Shown: piece by piece, positions 26,199-34,770 of the stretch
How the letters are laid out: each line of letters begins with the position of its first letter
Numbering within the stretch: position 1 is the stretch's first letter
Assembly: GCA_011371455.1 (NCBI GenBank)
Contig: DRQN01000164.1
Span: forward strand, 1 to 41,196
Reading direction: 5' to 3'
Origin: Gammaproteobacteria bacterium
GTDB lineage: Bacteria > Pseudomonadota > Gammaproteobacteria > SZUA-152
DNA: 41,196 nt
Position numbers and translations under genes: made by a program
The notes under the pieces: model-generated
What the model saw: only the letters and a program-made list of their open reading frames with translations
Database searches by the model: none
Told to the model about the DNA's origin: nothing

Positions 26199-26516
26199 CT
26201 AGGCTGCTTTCATCTTCAATGCCAGTATGTCCGCGATGCCCAGCAGCTCCGCAGCACGGCTGAGCGCCGCCGATACGGATGACCACTGCACGTCGATATC
26301 CTGTGAGCGTGCGTCCTGAAAGAACGCCGCCAGCACCTGCAAGGCCGCCGTATCCGCGCGCTCGACGGCGCCGCCGTCCAGGGTCACGGGTTGTTTGGCC
26401 TCCAGCGCTTCGAGCAGATGCGCGCGCAATTCACCCGCCACGGCGATGTCCAGCATCTCGTCGCAGACGATATGGCTCACCGTTTCCGCTTCATTCTCTG
26501 AGGTTTCGTCACTCAC
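26199..26516 (-). CDS. Small STAS-like protein; first gene of the second che cluster (start uncertain)
   Basis: The C-terminal ~85 aa look like a short STAS/MlaB-type domain (LDIAVAGELRAHLLEAL...VTLDGGAVERADTAALQVLAAFF...IDVQW). The ORF-track N-terminus reads through a REP palindrome and the sigma-28 promoter. I therefore use the GTG at 26516; the ATG at 26456 is an alternative. Confidence 0.55.
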   Translation of the reverse strand: MSDETSENEAETVSHIVCDEMLDIAVAGELRAHLLEALEAKQPVTLDGGAVERADTAALQVLAAFFQDARSQDIDVQWSSVSAALSRAAELLGIADILALKMKAA

Positions 26517-26560
26517 CGATTTATCCCGTTGTGGATCACGCCTGTGAATCTCACCACAGC

Positions 26561-26586
26561 TATCGGCAATGGTTTTTAATGCTTTA
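26561..26586 (-). promoter_or_regulatory. Sigma-28 (FliA) promoter for the STAS-cheY-hemerythrin-cheA... operon
   Basis: The minus strand reads cTAAAG-cattaaaaaccatt-GCCGATAG, i.e. TAAA-N15-GCCGATAg against the consensus TAAA-N15-GCCGATAA. It lies about 45 nt upstream of the GTG at 26516. Confidence 0.6.
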
Positions 26587-26604
26587 GAGGGTTGTTGAAA
26601 TAAG

Positions 26605-26624
26605 CCTGAATCCGTGGGTTCAGG
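26605..26624. repeat. 20-bp palindromic REP-like element CCTGAATCCGTGGGTTCAGG (copy 1)
   Basis: Exact copy. Its flanks (TGAAATAAG... and ...GTAGGAT) resemble those of the copy at 28682. Confidence 0.8.
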
Positions 26625-26737
26625 GTAGGATTTGCGGCTGTGTACCATTCGCCAGCCAGCCGGCCGCAAGATGGCCTTTCGAGGCGGAAAAAGCGCTCAG
26701 AAACGGGATAGGAAGAAGCGGCCAGCCGGCAGCGGGG

Positions 26738-28117
26738 TCAGGCGAAGGTGTCCAGCAGCCCCTGGCCGATGATCACGGGCGGGGGCCGTTGCGGCGATTC
26801 GTCCTCACCGTCATCGGCCCGCGTTCCGGCGGCAGTGGCAGTGTGTGCAGGCAGACCGGTGTCACTTTCCGCATCCCGCTGCTGGCCGGCAAAGGATTCC
26901 TGCGAGACGCTGGCATCGGCCAGATTCAGGCCCTGCTGCTCGAACATCTCACGCAGGCGCGGCAGGGCGGCATCCAGCGCCTCGCGGGCGGCGGGGTGCT
27001 GAGCGCTGAAACTCACGCTCACTTGCTGCGCCTCCGAGTAGACGATACGCACGTCGATGGGACCGAGGTGGCGGGGGTTGAGCTGGATCTTCGCCTCGCG
27101 GATTTCCTGGTTGGCCAGCCACATCATGCGCTGGCCGAGTTCCGCGGACCAGCCCGGATGGCCCACGCCGGTGTTGATCACCGGGGCCGGCAGAGCGGCC
27201 AGGCCGGCCGGCACCATGGCCCGCGCCTCACCACCGGCACCCGGCAGCACGAAGGCGCCGACCGACAGCTCCGGGGGAGTGGCCGTGGTGGTGCTGTCCG
27301 TGGCCGCCGGCAGGGACGTGCTCAGCGGCCCGGTACCGGCGGGGGCGCGGGAGCTGGCCAGCAGGCGATCGACCTGTTGCTGGAACTGGCGCGACAGGGT
27401 CTCACCACTCAGCGTCTGTTGGATGATCGGTGCTGCCGCGCCACTGCGCAGGGCCTGCTCCGCCGACAGGCCGGCGCTGTGGCCAAGCGGTATCCCGGCC
27501 GCCTCGCCACGGCCATTCAGCCCCAGCGAAGCGGGCCGCTGGCGGGGGTCCGGCAGCGGAGGAATTGCGCCAGGGCCGGGCAACGGCGGGGCCACGGGTG
27601 GCGGCGCCGACGGCACAACCCGCCCATCGCCAGCGGCAGGCCGTTCAGCGAGGGCCGCCCGGGGCGTGGCGTCCAGCGTCGGCGGTGCAAGCGGCACGGC
27701 GGGCAGCGGCGCCGTGGCATCCGCCTGGATACCGGCCTGTGGCACCTCCTCAGGGGGCATGCCGGGCTGCGCCGCCATCGACGGCTTGCCCTCATCCCCG
27801 ACAGCCGGCGAAAGCCCGGTCGGCAGCGGCAGGCCTGACACCGGCGCCACGGCGGCCGCAGCCGCTCCCTGCGGCGGCAAGGGATTGCCGGTTTGTGGCG
27901 AAGGCGCTGCCGATGGCAAACCCTCATCCGCCGCCGACGGCGACTTCGGCGCAGCGGCCACGCTCCCCTTCGCCAGAGGCTCCGCCGCCGGCTGCAGGCG
28001 CTGCGCCAGCATACCGGCAAAGATGCCCTCGGCCGCCGGCGGCGCAGGCGTCACGGGAGTTCCCGGCGTGGGGGCCAGCATCTCGACAGCAGGTGTGATG
28101 AAAGCGGCTTCGGCCAT
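26738..28117 (-). CDS. fliK: Flagellar hook-length control protein FliK
   Basis: 459 aa. The N-terminal two thirds are Pro/Ala-rich. The C-terminus is a Flg_hook domain (WSAELGQRMMWLANQEIREAKIQLNPRHLGPIDVRI...FSAQHPAAREALDAALPRLREMF). Confidence 0.87.
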   Translation of the reverse strand: MAEAAFITPAVEMLAPTPGTPVTPAPPAAEGIFAGMLAQRLQPAAEPLAKGSVAAAPKSPSAADEGLPSAAPSPQTGNPLPPQGAAAAAVAPVSGLPLPTGLSPAVGDEGKPSMAAQPGMPPEEVPQAGIQADATAPLPAVPLAPPTLDATPRAALAERPAAGDGRVVPSAPPPVAPPLPGPGAIPPLPDPRQRPASLGLNGRGEAAGIPLGHSAGLSAEQALRSGAAAPIIQQTLSGETLSRQFQQQVDRLLASSRAPAGTGPLSTSLPAATDSTTTATPPELSVGAFVLPGAGGEARAMVPAGLAALPAPVINTGVGHPGWSAELGQRMMWLANQEIREAKIQLNPRHLGPIDVRIVYSEAQQVSVSFSAQHPAAREALDAALPRLREMFEQQGLNLADASVSQESFAGQQRDAESDTGLPAHTATAAGTRADDGEDESPQRPPPVIIGQGLLDTFA

Positions 28118-28188
28118 TGTGGTGATCTTTAGCGGGTCCGGTTGGTTCCAGGTCTTGTGCGTGAGGCACGGGTATCACCGGTTATGTG

Positions 28189-28203
28189 GCAAGGACCGTG
28201 CCA
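28189..28203 (-). promoter_or_regulatory. Sigma-54 (RpoN) promoter for fliK
   Basis: The minus strand reads TGGCAC-ggtcc-TTGC, an exact match to the core consensus TGGCAC-N5-TTGC. It lies 10 nt after the fliJ stop and about 72 nt upstream of the fliK ATG. Confidence 0.65.
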
Positions 28204-28212
28204 AGGGGGGAT

Positions 28213-28656
28213 TTACAGGGCCCCGGCCTGCCCGCCGCGCTGTGCGCGCTCGTCCTGCTCCCGCTGTTCCTGGCGTGCGGCCTGCCGTTCCTCCACGGCC
28301 TGGTAGCGGGCGACCACGGTATCGAGCAGGCGCACCCTGCCGCGCGAGGCGAACCACAGGGCGCGCCTGGCCTCGGCCTCGCGGCTGGCCTGCGCTACCT
28401 GCTGCGTCTGCTGTTCGATGGCCAGGCCCAGCCTGTGCAGGAACCGTTGGTAGTCCGCCAGCTGCGCCGCACCCATGCCGGCAGCGCCGGCCTGTTGAAA
28501 GCGTTGCCGGTAGTCGTCGCGGTAGTGCTGGAGTTCCGCCAGTTGCCGTTGTGCCTGGGCCAGCCGGGCCTGGGCGGCGCCGAGGGCCCGCGCCGCCTGC
28601 TGCTCGCGGCTCTCGGCCACCCGCACCACGGGCTTCATGCGTTTGGATCGTTTCAT
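28213..28656 (-). CDS. fliJ: Flagellar export chaperone/stalk protein FliJ
   Basis: 147 aa counted from the ATG at 28656. It is a coiled-coil, Gln/Arg/Ala-rich protein with a FliJ-like pattern (LAELQHYRDDYRQRF...YQRFLHRLGLAIEQQ...LLDTVVARY). The ORF-track start is a GTG inside a REP palindrome. Confidence 0.75.
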   Translation of the reverse strand: MKRSKRMKPVVRVAESREQQAARALGAAQARLAQAQRQLAELQHYRDDYRQRFQQAGAAGMGAAQLADYQRFLHRLGLAIEQQTQQVAQASREAEARRALWFASRGRVRLLDTVVARYQAVEERQAARQEQREQDERAQRGGQAGAL

Positions 28657-28681
28657 TTTCTGCAACCACGCCCTGTATCCA

Positions 28682-28701
28682 CCTGAACCCACGGATTCAG
28701 G
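28682..28701. repeat. REP-like palindrome, copy 2 (inverse orientation: CCTGAACCCACGGATTCAGG)
   Basis: Exact reverse complement of the copy at 26605. It sits in the 48-nt gap between the GGDEF-EAL stop and the fliJ start. Confidence 0.8.
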
Positions 28702-28704
28702 TAT

Positions 28705-31602
28705 TCATTTCAGCAGCCGCACCACCTCCGCCTTTCGGTCGTCACCCTTTTCGGGCGCCTCGTTCAGCGGCATCGGCATGCCCACATGAAAACCCTGAGC
28801 ATAATCCACGCCAATTTCCTTGAGGATGGCGATACACGCCTCGCTGTCGACGTATTCGGCGATCGTCGTCTTGCCCATGGCGTGGGCGATGTCGTTCATG
28901 GAGCGCACCATGGCCAGCTGCAGGGCATCGCGGTGGATATCACGGACGAAGGAGCCGTCGATCTTGACGCTGTCCACCGGCAGATCCTTGAGATAGGCGA
29001 ACGACGAATAGCCGACGCCAAAGTCATCCAGCGCCGTGCGGCACCCCAGGGCGCGCAGTTGTTCGAGAAATTTCAGCGCCGCGCCGAGGTTGGCGATGGC
29101 CACCGTCTCGGTAACCTCGAAGGTCACCGCCGTGGGTGGCACGCTGTGCCGTTGCAAGGCATTGGTGATGACCTCCAGCATGCTGACCTCGCCGATGGAT
29201 TCGGCCGACAGATTGATGGAGAAGTGCAGGTCGGGCTGTTTCTTTAGCCGATGGCCCAGGGCCTCGATGGCGTGATCGATGACCCAGCGGTCGATGGCGC
29301 GCATCAGGCCGAAGCGCTCGGCGGCGGAGATGAAACCGGCCGGCTGGATGACGTGGCCGTCTTCGTTGCGCATGCGCAGCAGCACTTCGTGGCGATTCAT
29401 CTTGCCCGTCTTCAGGTCCATGATGGGCTGGCTGACCAGGCTGAACTGATCGCGGCTGATGGCTTCCTTGATGCGCCGCGCCCAACCCATGTCCTCGGAC
29501 ATGGCGGCCAGATCCTGCTGGTCGTCGGCCTCGTAGAGGTGCACACAGTTGCGTCCGGAGCGCTTGGCGATGTGACAGGCGATGTCGGCCTGCATGAGCA
29601 GGTCTTCCTTGTTCACCACGGAGCGGCCGAACAGGCTGACGCCGATGGAGCAGCCGATCTGGATCGCCTTGCCCTCGTATTTGAAAACGTAGTCGGCCAG
29701 CAGGCGGCGGTGGGCCTCGGCGGCCTGCATCACTTCCGATTCATTGGTGTCGTAGATGAGCAGGGCGAATTCGTCGCCGCCCAGGCGGGCGAGCAGATCG
29801 CTCTTGCGGTTGCGCTGGCTGAGCATCTCGGTCACCTCCACCAGCACCTGGTCGCCGGCCATATGGCCGAGGGTGTCGTTGACGAATTTGAAGTTGTCGA
29901 GGTCGATATACAACAGGGCGTACTCCCGTGGGCTGCCGCGGCGGGCATTCTCGACCACGCGCTCCAGTTCGTTGAGAAAATACTGGCGGTTGTAGAGGCC
30001 GGTGAGGGAGTCGTGCTCGGCCATTCTGCGCAGGTTTTCCATCATCGCCATGCGCTCGCCGATGTCGTCGACCAGGGCGATGTAGAGCGTGCGGGCCTCG
30101 GTTTCCAGCTTGCTGACCTTGACCGACATGGGGAAGTCGGAGCCGTCCCGGCGCAGGGCCGTGACCGTTGTTTCATGGCCGGAAACGCTCATCGAGGGTG
30201 ATTTGCACAGTTCGAGAAAGCCGGGAAAAACCCCGCCCGGCGACAAGGGCACGATGACCATGACCGGGCGGCCGATGGCCTCCTCCGCGCAATAACCGAA
30301 GAGCTGCTGCGCGGCGCGGCTGAAGGTCTCGATGATGCCGTTTTCATCCAGGGTGATGATGCCCTCGGCGGCATTGTCGAGGATCGACTCGAGACGCGTC
30401 TGGCGTGACTGAACCTGATCCTGCATGCGCAGAAAGGCCTTCACCAGCACCGCCGTTTCCTGGGTGCGGGGAGCCAGCGCGGGCAGATAGTTCTCGCCCT
30501 TGCCGTGGGCCTCCAGGGCCCGCGTCACATCGAGGATGGGGCGGCGAATCACGCGCTCGAACATCAGATAGGCGAGCAGCAGGGTAGTGGCGATGAAGGC
30601 GGTGAACACCCAGATGACCGTGGACAGGGTGTCGGCCGTGTCCAGGGTGCGAATCACGTTCTGTTCGGAAAGACCGTCCATCTCCCGCTTCATGAGATCG
30701 AGGATTCCCCAGGCCTGATCGAGTATCGGGCGAATCTCGTTGCGCAGGATGGGCAGGTCGGCACGCCAGTTGTTAGAGGTATAGATGTCCACCGCGCGCT
30801 GGAAGTCGGATTCGTACTGCAGGCGGATCTCCTGCATCTTCTCCAGGGATTCGCGCTGCTGGAAGTCCAGCTTGCCCAGCTTGCGATAGGACTCCAGTTC
30901 GACCAGCAGTTCATCCACGCGGTCGATGTAGATCTCGCGGTTACGCAGGTTGTTGGCCATGCTGGCCTCCGGATCGCCAAACAGGCCGGAACGGTTGGCG
31001 ACGAACACCCGCACGGAACTGATCTGTTGCGCCCAGGCATAGCGCAGCTCGTTCAGCGCCTGCAGGATGACGGGCTGATCCGGCTGGTCCTCCATGCCAA
31101 CCGCTTCGGCGATGGCCAGATCCACGGCCTCGAGAAAGGCCACGTTGCCCGGCTGTAAGTCGTTGAGCAGAATGGCCGCGGCGGGAAAACGGGTCTCCAC
31201 GTCGGACAGCACCGTGAGCAGTTTCTGGGTTTCTTCATCCAGCCGCTGCATGGCGAAGACCAGGTTGGCGGCGAAATCGCGCAGCAGGGGGTGCCGGCGC
31301 AGGGCGTAGTGTTCCGACAGCTGACGCGCCTGCAGTTTGACCTCCGCCAGGCGGACCAGGATATTGCGATAGGACTTGGCGTCCAGCATCAGGGGATATT
31401 GATAGATGGCGCTTTCCGTCACCTGCAGGGAATCGGTGAGGGAATCGAAGGTCCAGTCCAGATCCTGATCCTCCTGCATCAGCTGAAAGCTTTCCTGGGT
31501 CAACAGGCGGACACGATACTGGGTGTACAGCGCCGCGGGCAGTGACAGCGCCACCACCAGGGCCGCCGTCAACAGAAAGCGTGCGCGAATACTCTTGGCC
31601 AT
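28705..31602 (-). CDS. Membrane sensor with large N-terminal ligand-binding region, HAMP, PAS, GGDEF and EAL domains (c-di-GMP turnover)
   Basis: 965 aa with two TM segments (residues ~10-30 and ~330-350). It has a PAS domain ([16 protein letters not shown]), a GGDEF domain ([10 protein letters not shown]) and an EAL domain (QPIMDL...[26 protein letters not shown]). Confidence 0.9.
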   Translation of the reverse strand: MAKSIRARFLLTAALVVALSLPAALYTQYRVRLLTQESFQLMQEDQDLDWTFDSLTDSLQVTESAIYQYPLMLDAKSYRNILVRLAEVKLQARQLSEHYALRRHPLLRDFAANLVFAMQRLDEETQKLLTVLSDVETRFPAAAILLNDLQPGNVAFLEAVDLAIAEAVGMEDQPDQPVILQALNELRYAWAQQISSVRVFVANRSGLFGDPEASMANNLRNREIYIDRVDELLVELESYRKLGKLDFQQRESLEKMQEIRLQYESDFQRAVDIYTSNNWRADLPILRNEIRPILDQAWGILDLMKREMDGLSEQNVIRTLDTADTLSTVIWVFTAFIATTLLLAYLMFERVIRRPILDVTRALEAHGKGENYLPALAPRTQETAVLVKAFLRMQDQVQSRQTRLESILDNAAEGIITLDENGIIETFSRAAQQLFGYCAEEAIGRPVMVIVPLSPGGVFPGFLELCKSPSMSVSGHETTVTALRRDGSDFPMSVKVSKLETEARTLYIALVDDIGERMAMMENLRRMAEHDSLTGLYNRQYFLNELERVVENARRGSPREYALLYIDLDNFKFVNDTLGHMAGDQVLVEVTEMLSQRNRKSDLLARLGGDEFALLIYDTNESEVMQAAEAHRRLLADYVFKYEGKAIQIGCSIGVSLFGRSVVNKEDLLMQADIACHIAKRSGRNCVHLYEADDQQDLAAMSEDMGWARRIKEAISRDQFSLVSQPIMDLKTGKMNRHEVLLRMRNEDGHVIQPAGFISAAERFGLMRAIDRWVIDHAIEALGHRLKKQPDLHFSINLSAESIGEVSMLEVITNALQRHSVPPTAVTFEVTETVAIANLGAALKFLEQLRALGCRTALDDFGVGYSSFAYLKDLPVDSVKIDGSFVRDIHRDALQLAMVRSMNDIAHAMGKTTIAEYVDSEACIAILKEIGVDYAQGFHVGMPMPLNEAPEKGDDRKAEVVRLLK

Positions 31603-31731
31603 CAGCTGGAAACCATTAGCGTTATCTGTAGTATCTTATCGGCCAAGGGCGCGCCTGGAACAGCTCATTTCCAGCGCCGGTGGCAGCTAAATTCCCATGG
31701 AACCGCTCCACCTTTTGTCAAATATCCGTCA

Positions 31732-32406
31732 ATGTCAATGATTCTGCTGCTCAACAAGCCCTTTGACGTCCTTTGTCAGTTCACCGATGCAGACGGCCGC
31801 CACACCCTGGCCGATCTGGTCGACGTCCGCGGTGTCTACCCCGCCGGGCGCCTGGACCGCGACAGCGAGGGCCTGGTGATCCTCACCGACGATGGCGGCC
31901 TGCAACACCGCATCAGCCATCCCCGTCACAAGCTCGCCAAGACCTACTGGGTACAGGTCGAGGGTGATCCGGGCCCGCAGGCGCTGGAGCGGCTGCGCGG
32001 AGGCGTGCCGCTCAAGGACGGCGTCACCGCCCCCGCGCAGGCCCGGCTGATCGCCGAACCCGACATCTGGCCACGCAGCCCGCCGGTGCGCTACCGCGCC
32101 AGCATCCCCACCCGCTGGATCGAGCTGACCCTGCGCGAGGGCCGCAACCGCCAGGTGCGGCGCATGACCGCGGCGGTGGGGCACCCCACCCTGCGCCTGC
32201 TGCGCGTGCGCATCGGCCCCTGGTCGCTGGATGGCCTGGCGCCCGGCCAGTGGCGGGAGGCGCAAATGCCCGACGAATGGCGTAAAATGCCGCCCCATGA
32301 ACAGCAAACCCAGCCCCGGCGGCACCGCCCGCGCCACACAGCCCGCCGGCCGGCAGAACCGGCCCCGCCACGGGCAGGAAAGAAGCGGCGGCCGCCGCGC
32401 AGCTGA
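31732..32406 (+). CDS. rluE: 23S rRNA pseudouridine synthase RluE, with a basic C-terminal tail
   Basis: Closely parallels E. coli RluE blocks ([55 protein letters not shown]). Confidence 0.85.
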   Translation: MSMILLLNKPFDVLCQFTDADGRHTLADLVDVRGVYPAGRLDRDSEGLVILTDDGGLQHRISHPRHKLAKTYWVQVEGDPGPQALERLRGGVPLKDGVTAPAQARLIAEPDIWPRSPPVRYRASIPTRWIELTLREGRNRQVRRMTAAVGHPTLRLLRVRIGPWSLDGLAPGQWREAQMPDEWRKMPPHEQQTQPRRHRPRHTARRPAEPAPPRAGKKRRPPRS

Positions 32407-32412
32407 AAACAC

Positions 32413-33534
32413 GTGTTAACCATGGCAGAAGCGGCAAACATCCCCCTTGCATCCCCTCCCCCCCTGCGCAAGATCCTGGTCGGCGTCTCCGGCGGCGTGG
32501 ACTCCGCCGTGGCCACCTACCTGCTGCGCGAACAGGGCTACGAGGTGCAAGGCATGTTCATGAAGAACTGGGACGAGGACGACACGGAAGACCATTGCTC
32601 GGCGGCGGCGGATCTCGAAGACGCCAGCGGCGTCTGCAAACAGCTGGGCATCACCCTGCATACGCGCAATTTTTCCAGCGAATACTGGGACCACGTGTTC
32701 AGCTATTTTCTCGACGAATACCGCGCCGGCCGCACCCCCAACCCGGACGTGCTGTGCAATCGCGAAATCAAGTTCAAGACCTTCCTCGAACACGCCCTGA
32801 TCCTCGGCGCCGACCACATCGCCACCGGCCACTATGCCCGCGTGGACTACCGCGATGGCCGGTATCACCTGCTCAAGGCCCGCGACAACAATAAAGACCA
32901 GACCTATTTCCTGCATGCCCTGGGCCAGCACCAGCTGCAGCGGGCACTGTTTCCGCTGGGCGGGCTGACCAAGCCGGAGGTGCGACGCATCGCCAGACAG
33001 CAGGGCTTCGGCAATGCGGCAAAAAAGGACAGCACCGGCATCTGCTTCATCGGTGAGCGCAAGTTCAAGGAATTTCTCGGCCGCTTCCTGCCCGCCCAGC
33101 CCGGCGACATGCGCAGCCCGGAGGGTGAACTGATCGGCCAACACGACGGGCTGATGTATTACACCCTGGGCCAGCGCCAGGGCCTGGGCATCGGCGGCAG
33201 CCGAAGCGGCAGCGGTGACCCCTGGTACGTGGTGGGCAAGGACCTCGACAACAATGTCCTCATCGTCGCCCAGGGTCACGATCATCCGCTGCTGTTTCGC
33301 ACCGAACTCAGCGCCGGGCAGCTGAACTGGATCGCCGAACGGCCCGCCTCACTGCCCTTCCCGTGCATGGCCAAGACCCGCTACCGGCAGGCGGACCAGG
33401 CCTGCACCATTACCGAACTGGACGGCGACCGCTGCCAGGTCCGTTTCGAACGGCCGCAGCGCGCCATCACCCCGGGCCAGTCGGTGGTGTTCTATGCAGG
33501 CGACGAATGCCTGGGCGGCGGCATCATCGAATAA
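32413..33534 (+). CDS. mnmA: tRNA-specific 2-thiouridylase MnmA
   Basis: 373 aa with a PP-loop ([11 protein letters not shown]) and the blocks [20 protein letters not shown] and DQTYFL. Confidence 0.94.
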   Translation: MLTMAEAANIPLASPPPLRKILVGVSGGVDSAVATYLLREQGYEVQGMFMKNWDEDDTEDHCSAAADLEDASGVCKQLGITLHTRNFSSEYWDHVFSYFLDEYRAGRTPNPDVLCNREIKFKTFLEHALILGADHIATGHYARVDYRDGRYHLLKARDNNKDQTYFLHALGQHQLQRALFPLGGLTKPEVRRIARQQGFGNAAKKDSTGICFIGERKFKEFLGRFLPAQPGDMRSPEGELIGQHDGLMYYTLGQRQGLGIGGSRSGSGDPWYVVGKDLDNNVLIVAQGHDHPLLFRTELSAGQLNWIAERPASLPFPCMAKTRYRQADQACTITELDGDRCQVRFERPQRAITPGQSVVFYAGDECLGGGIIE

Positions 33535-33575
33535 GCGTGCGCCATCAACCACATCGAGAGACACAAACCCACAAC

Positions 33576-34229
33576 ATGAAGTACACCGACACCGACCGCA
33601 CCATCGCCCTGGCGGGGATCTTTCAGGCCACCCAACTGGTTCATCAGCTGGCCTACACCGGCAAGGCCGATGGCGATGATTTCGAGACCTGCATCAACAG
33701 CCTGTTCGTGACCGATGCCGACACGGCAGTCGAGACCTTCGGCGACATCACCCGCCTGCGCAGCGGCCTGCAGGCACTGATCGAACAGCTTGGCGGCAGC
33801 GACGAAGCGGCCACGCCGCCGCAGAAAAATCGCCAACTGGACGCCACCAAATACGCCATCGGCATCATGGTGCTGGAACGCAAGCTGAGCAAGAACCCCG
33901 ATATGCTGAAGACCGTTTTCGACGGCATAGAACGCGCCCGCAGCCAGGCCGAACACTTTTCCATCACCCATGAAAACGTTATCGCCAGCCTGGCCCACAC
34001 CTACAGCCAGACCATCAGCACCCTGCTGCCGAAAATCATGGTCAACGGCGAGCACACCCACCTCGCCAATCCGTCCACCGCCGACCGCATCCGCGCCCTG
34101 CTGTTGGCGGCAATCCGCGCCGCGGTGCTCTGGCGCCAATGCCAGGGCAATCGCTGGCAGCTGTTCTTCAAGCGCAAGAAGATCCTCGGCGAGGCACGAC
34201 GGCTGCTGGTCAAGGCCGAGGCAATATAA
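33576..34229 (+). CDS. hflD: High-frequency-of-lysogenisation protein HflD
   Basis: 217 aa counted from the internal ATG (MKYTDTDRTIALAGIFQATQLVHQLA). It parallels E. coli HflD (LALAGICQSARLVQQLA...MVLERKL...LLAGIRAAVLW). mnmA-hflD synteny is conserved. Confidence 0.85.
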   Translation: MKYTDTDRTIALAGIFQATQLVHQLAYTGKADGDDFETCINSLFVTDADTAVETFGDITRLRSGLQALIEQLGGSDEAATPPQKNRQLDATKYAIGIMVLERKLSKNPDMLKTVFDGIERARSQAEHFSITHENVIASLAHTYSQTISTLLPKIMVNGEHTHLANPSTADRIRALLLAAIRAAVLWRQCQGNRWQLFFKRKKILGEARRLLVKAEAI

Positions 34230-34238
34230 ACAGAAACC

Positions 34239-34727
34239 ATGGATGCAAGGATGAAACCACTACTCGCTCTCCTTTCGCTGGTCATTCCTCTGACTTCAAC
34301 CGCAGCCGCCTACCGATGGGTGGACGAAAACAGCAACGCGCACTTGGGCAGCAAGTCACGGCTGGCCATCGCGCTGGCTCCCCTCGGTGAGGAACAACCC
34401 GCCGTGCGCAAGCTGCCCGCCCTCCCTTCGTCACCCGCACCCAGGGCAGCACAAAAGGCCAGCGCACCGCCTCCCGCCAAGGCGGTGCGGAAAACGCCCG
34501 GAAAATCCGGCAAAACCGGGAAAAAAGCCCCGACCACCGAACCGGCGCCATCACCGGCAAAGGCCGGCAGTGACGAAACGGGCAGAAATGCGGAACTGTG
34601 CGGCATGTTCACGACCTATGTCAGCGACTACGAGAACAAGCTCATCGGCTGCCAGGGCCCATCATGCGACATCTTCGGGAGAGCACTGGAAAAATACCAG
34701 AAAAAGAAACAGAGCTACTGCCGCTGA
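34239..34727 (+). CDS. Secreted hypothetical protein with an N-terminal DUF4124-like motif
   Basis: 162 aa with a signal peptide (LLALLSLVIPLTSTAAA) followed by YRWVDEN. The middle is a Pro/Ala/Lys-rich spacer and the C-terminal segment has four Cys. The function assignment is weak. Confidence 0.5.
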   Translation: MDARMKPLLALLSLVIPLTSTAAAYRWVDENSNAHLGSKSRLAIALAPLGEEQPAVRKLPALPSSPAPRAAQKASAPPPAKAVRKTPGKSGKTGKKAPTTEPAPSPAKAGSDETGRNAELCGMFTTYVSDYENKLIGCQGPSCDIFGRALEKYQKKKQSYCR

Positions 34728-34770
34728 GATTTGCCGGGCGCCTGCCTCCTATTGCGGCAACGGCATTCGC

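Noticed and set aside
26517-26669. The N-terminal extension of the first STAS ORF. Analogous extensions occur at 26182-26286 (cheY), 28657-28692 (fliJ), 38612-38779 (HD-GYP), 39612-39782 (PfkB), 33363-33575 (hflD) and 18741-18785 (cheR).
   Set aside because: The extensions read through REP palindromes, promoters or the preceding gene. Internal starts with good RBSs give proteins of canonical length.
31650-31700. The inverted repeat CTGGAA-N9-TTCCAG and the TGGCAG-N5-TTCC motif in the rluE / GGDEF-EAL divergent region.
   Set aside because: The stems are short. The sigma-54-like motif has the wrong -12 element (TTCC) and points toward a housekeeping gene. It is not distinguishable from chance.
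34728-34770. A possible terminator hairpin (TTGCCG...CGGCAA) between the convergent DUF4124-like gene and the hybrid kinase gene.
   Set aside because: The stem is only 6 bp with an 18-nt loop and no U-tract. This is too weak to call.
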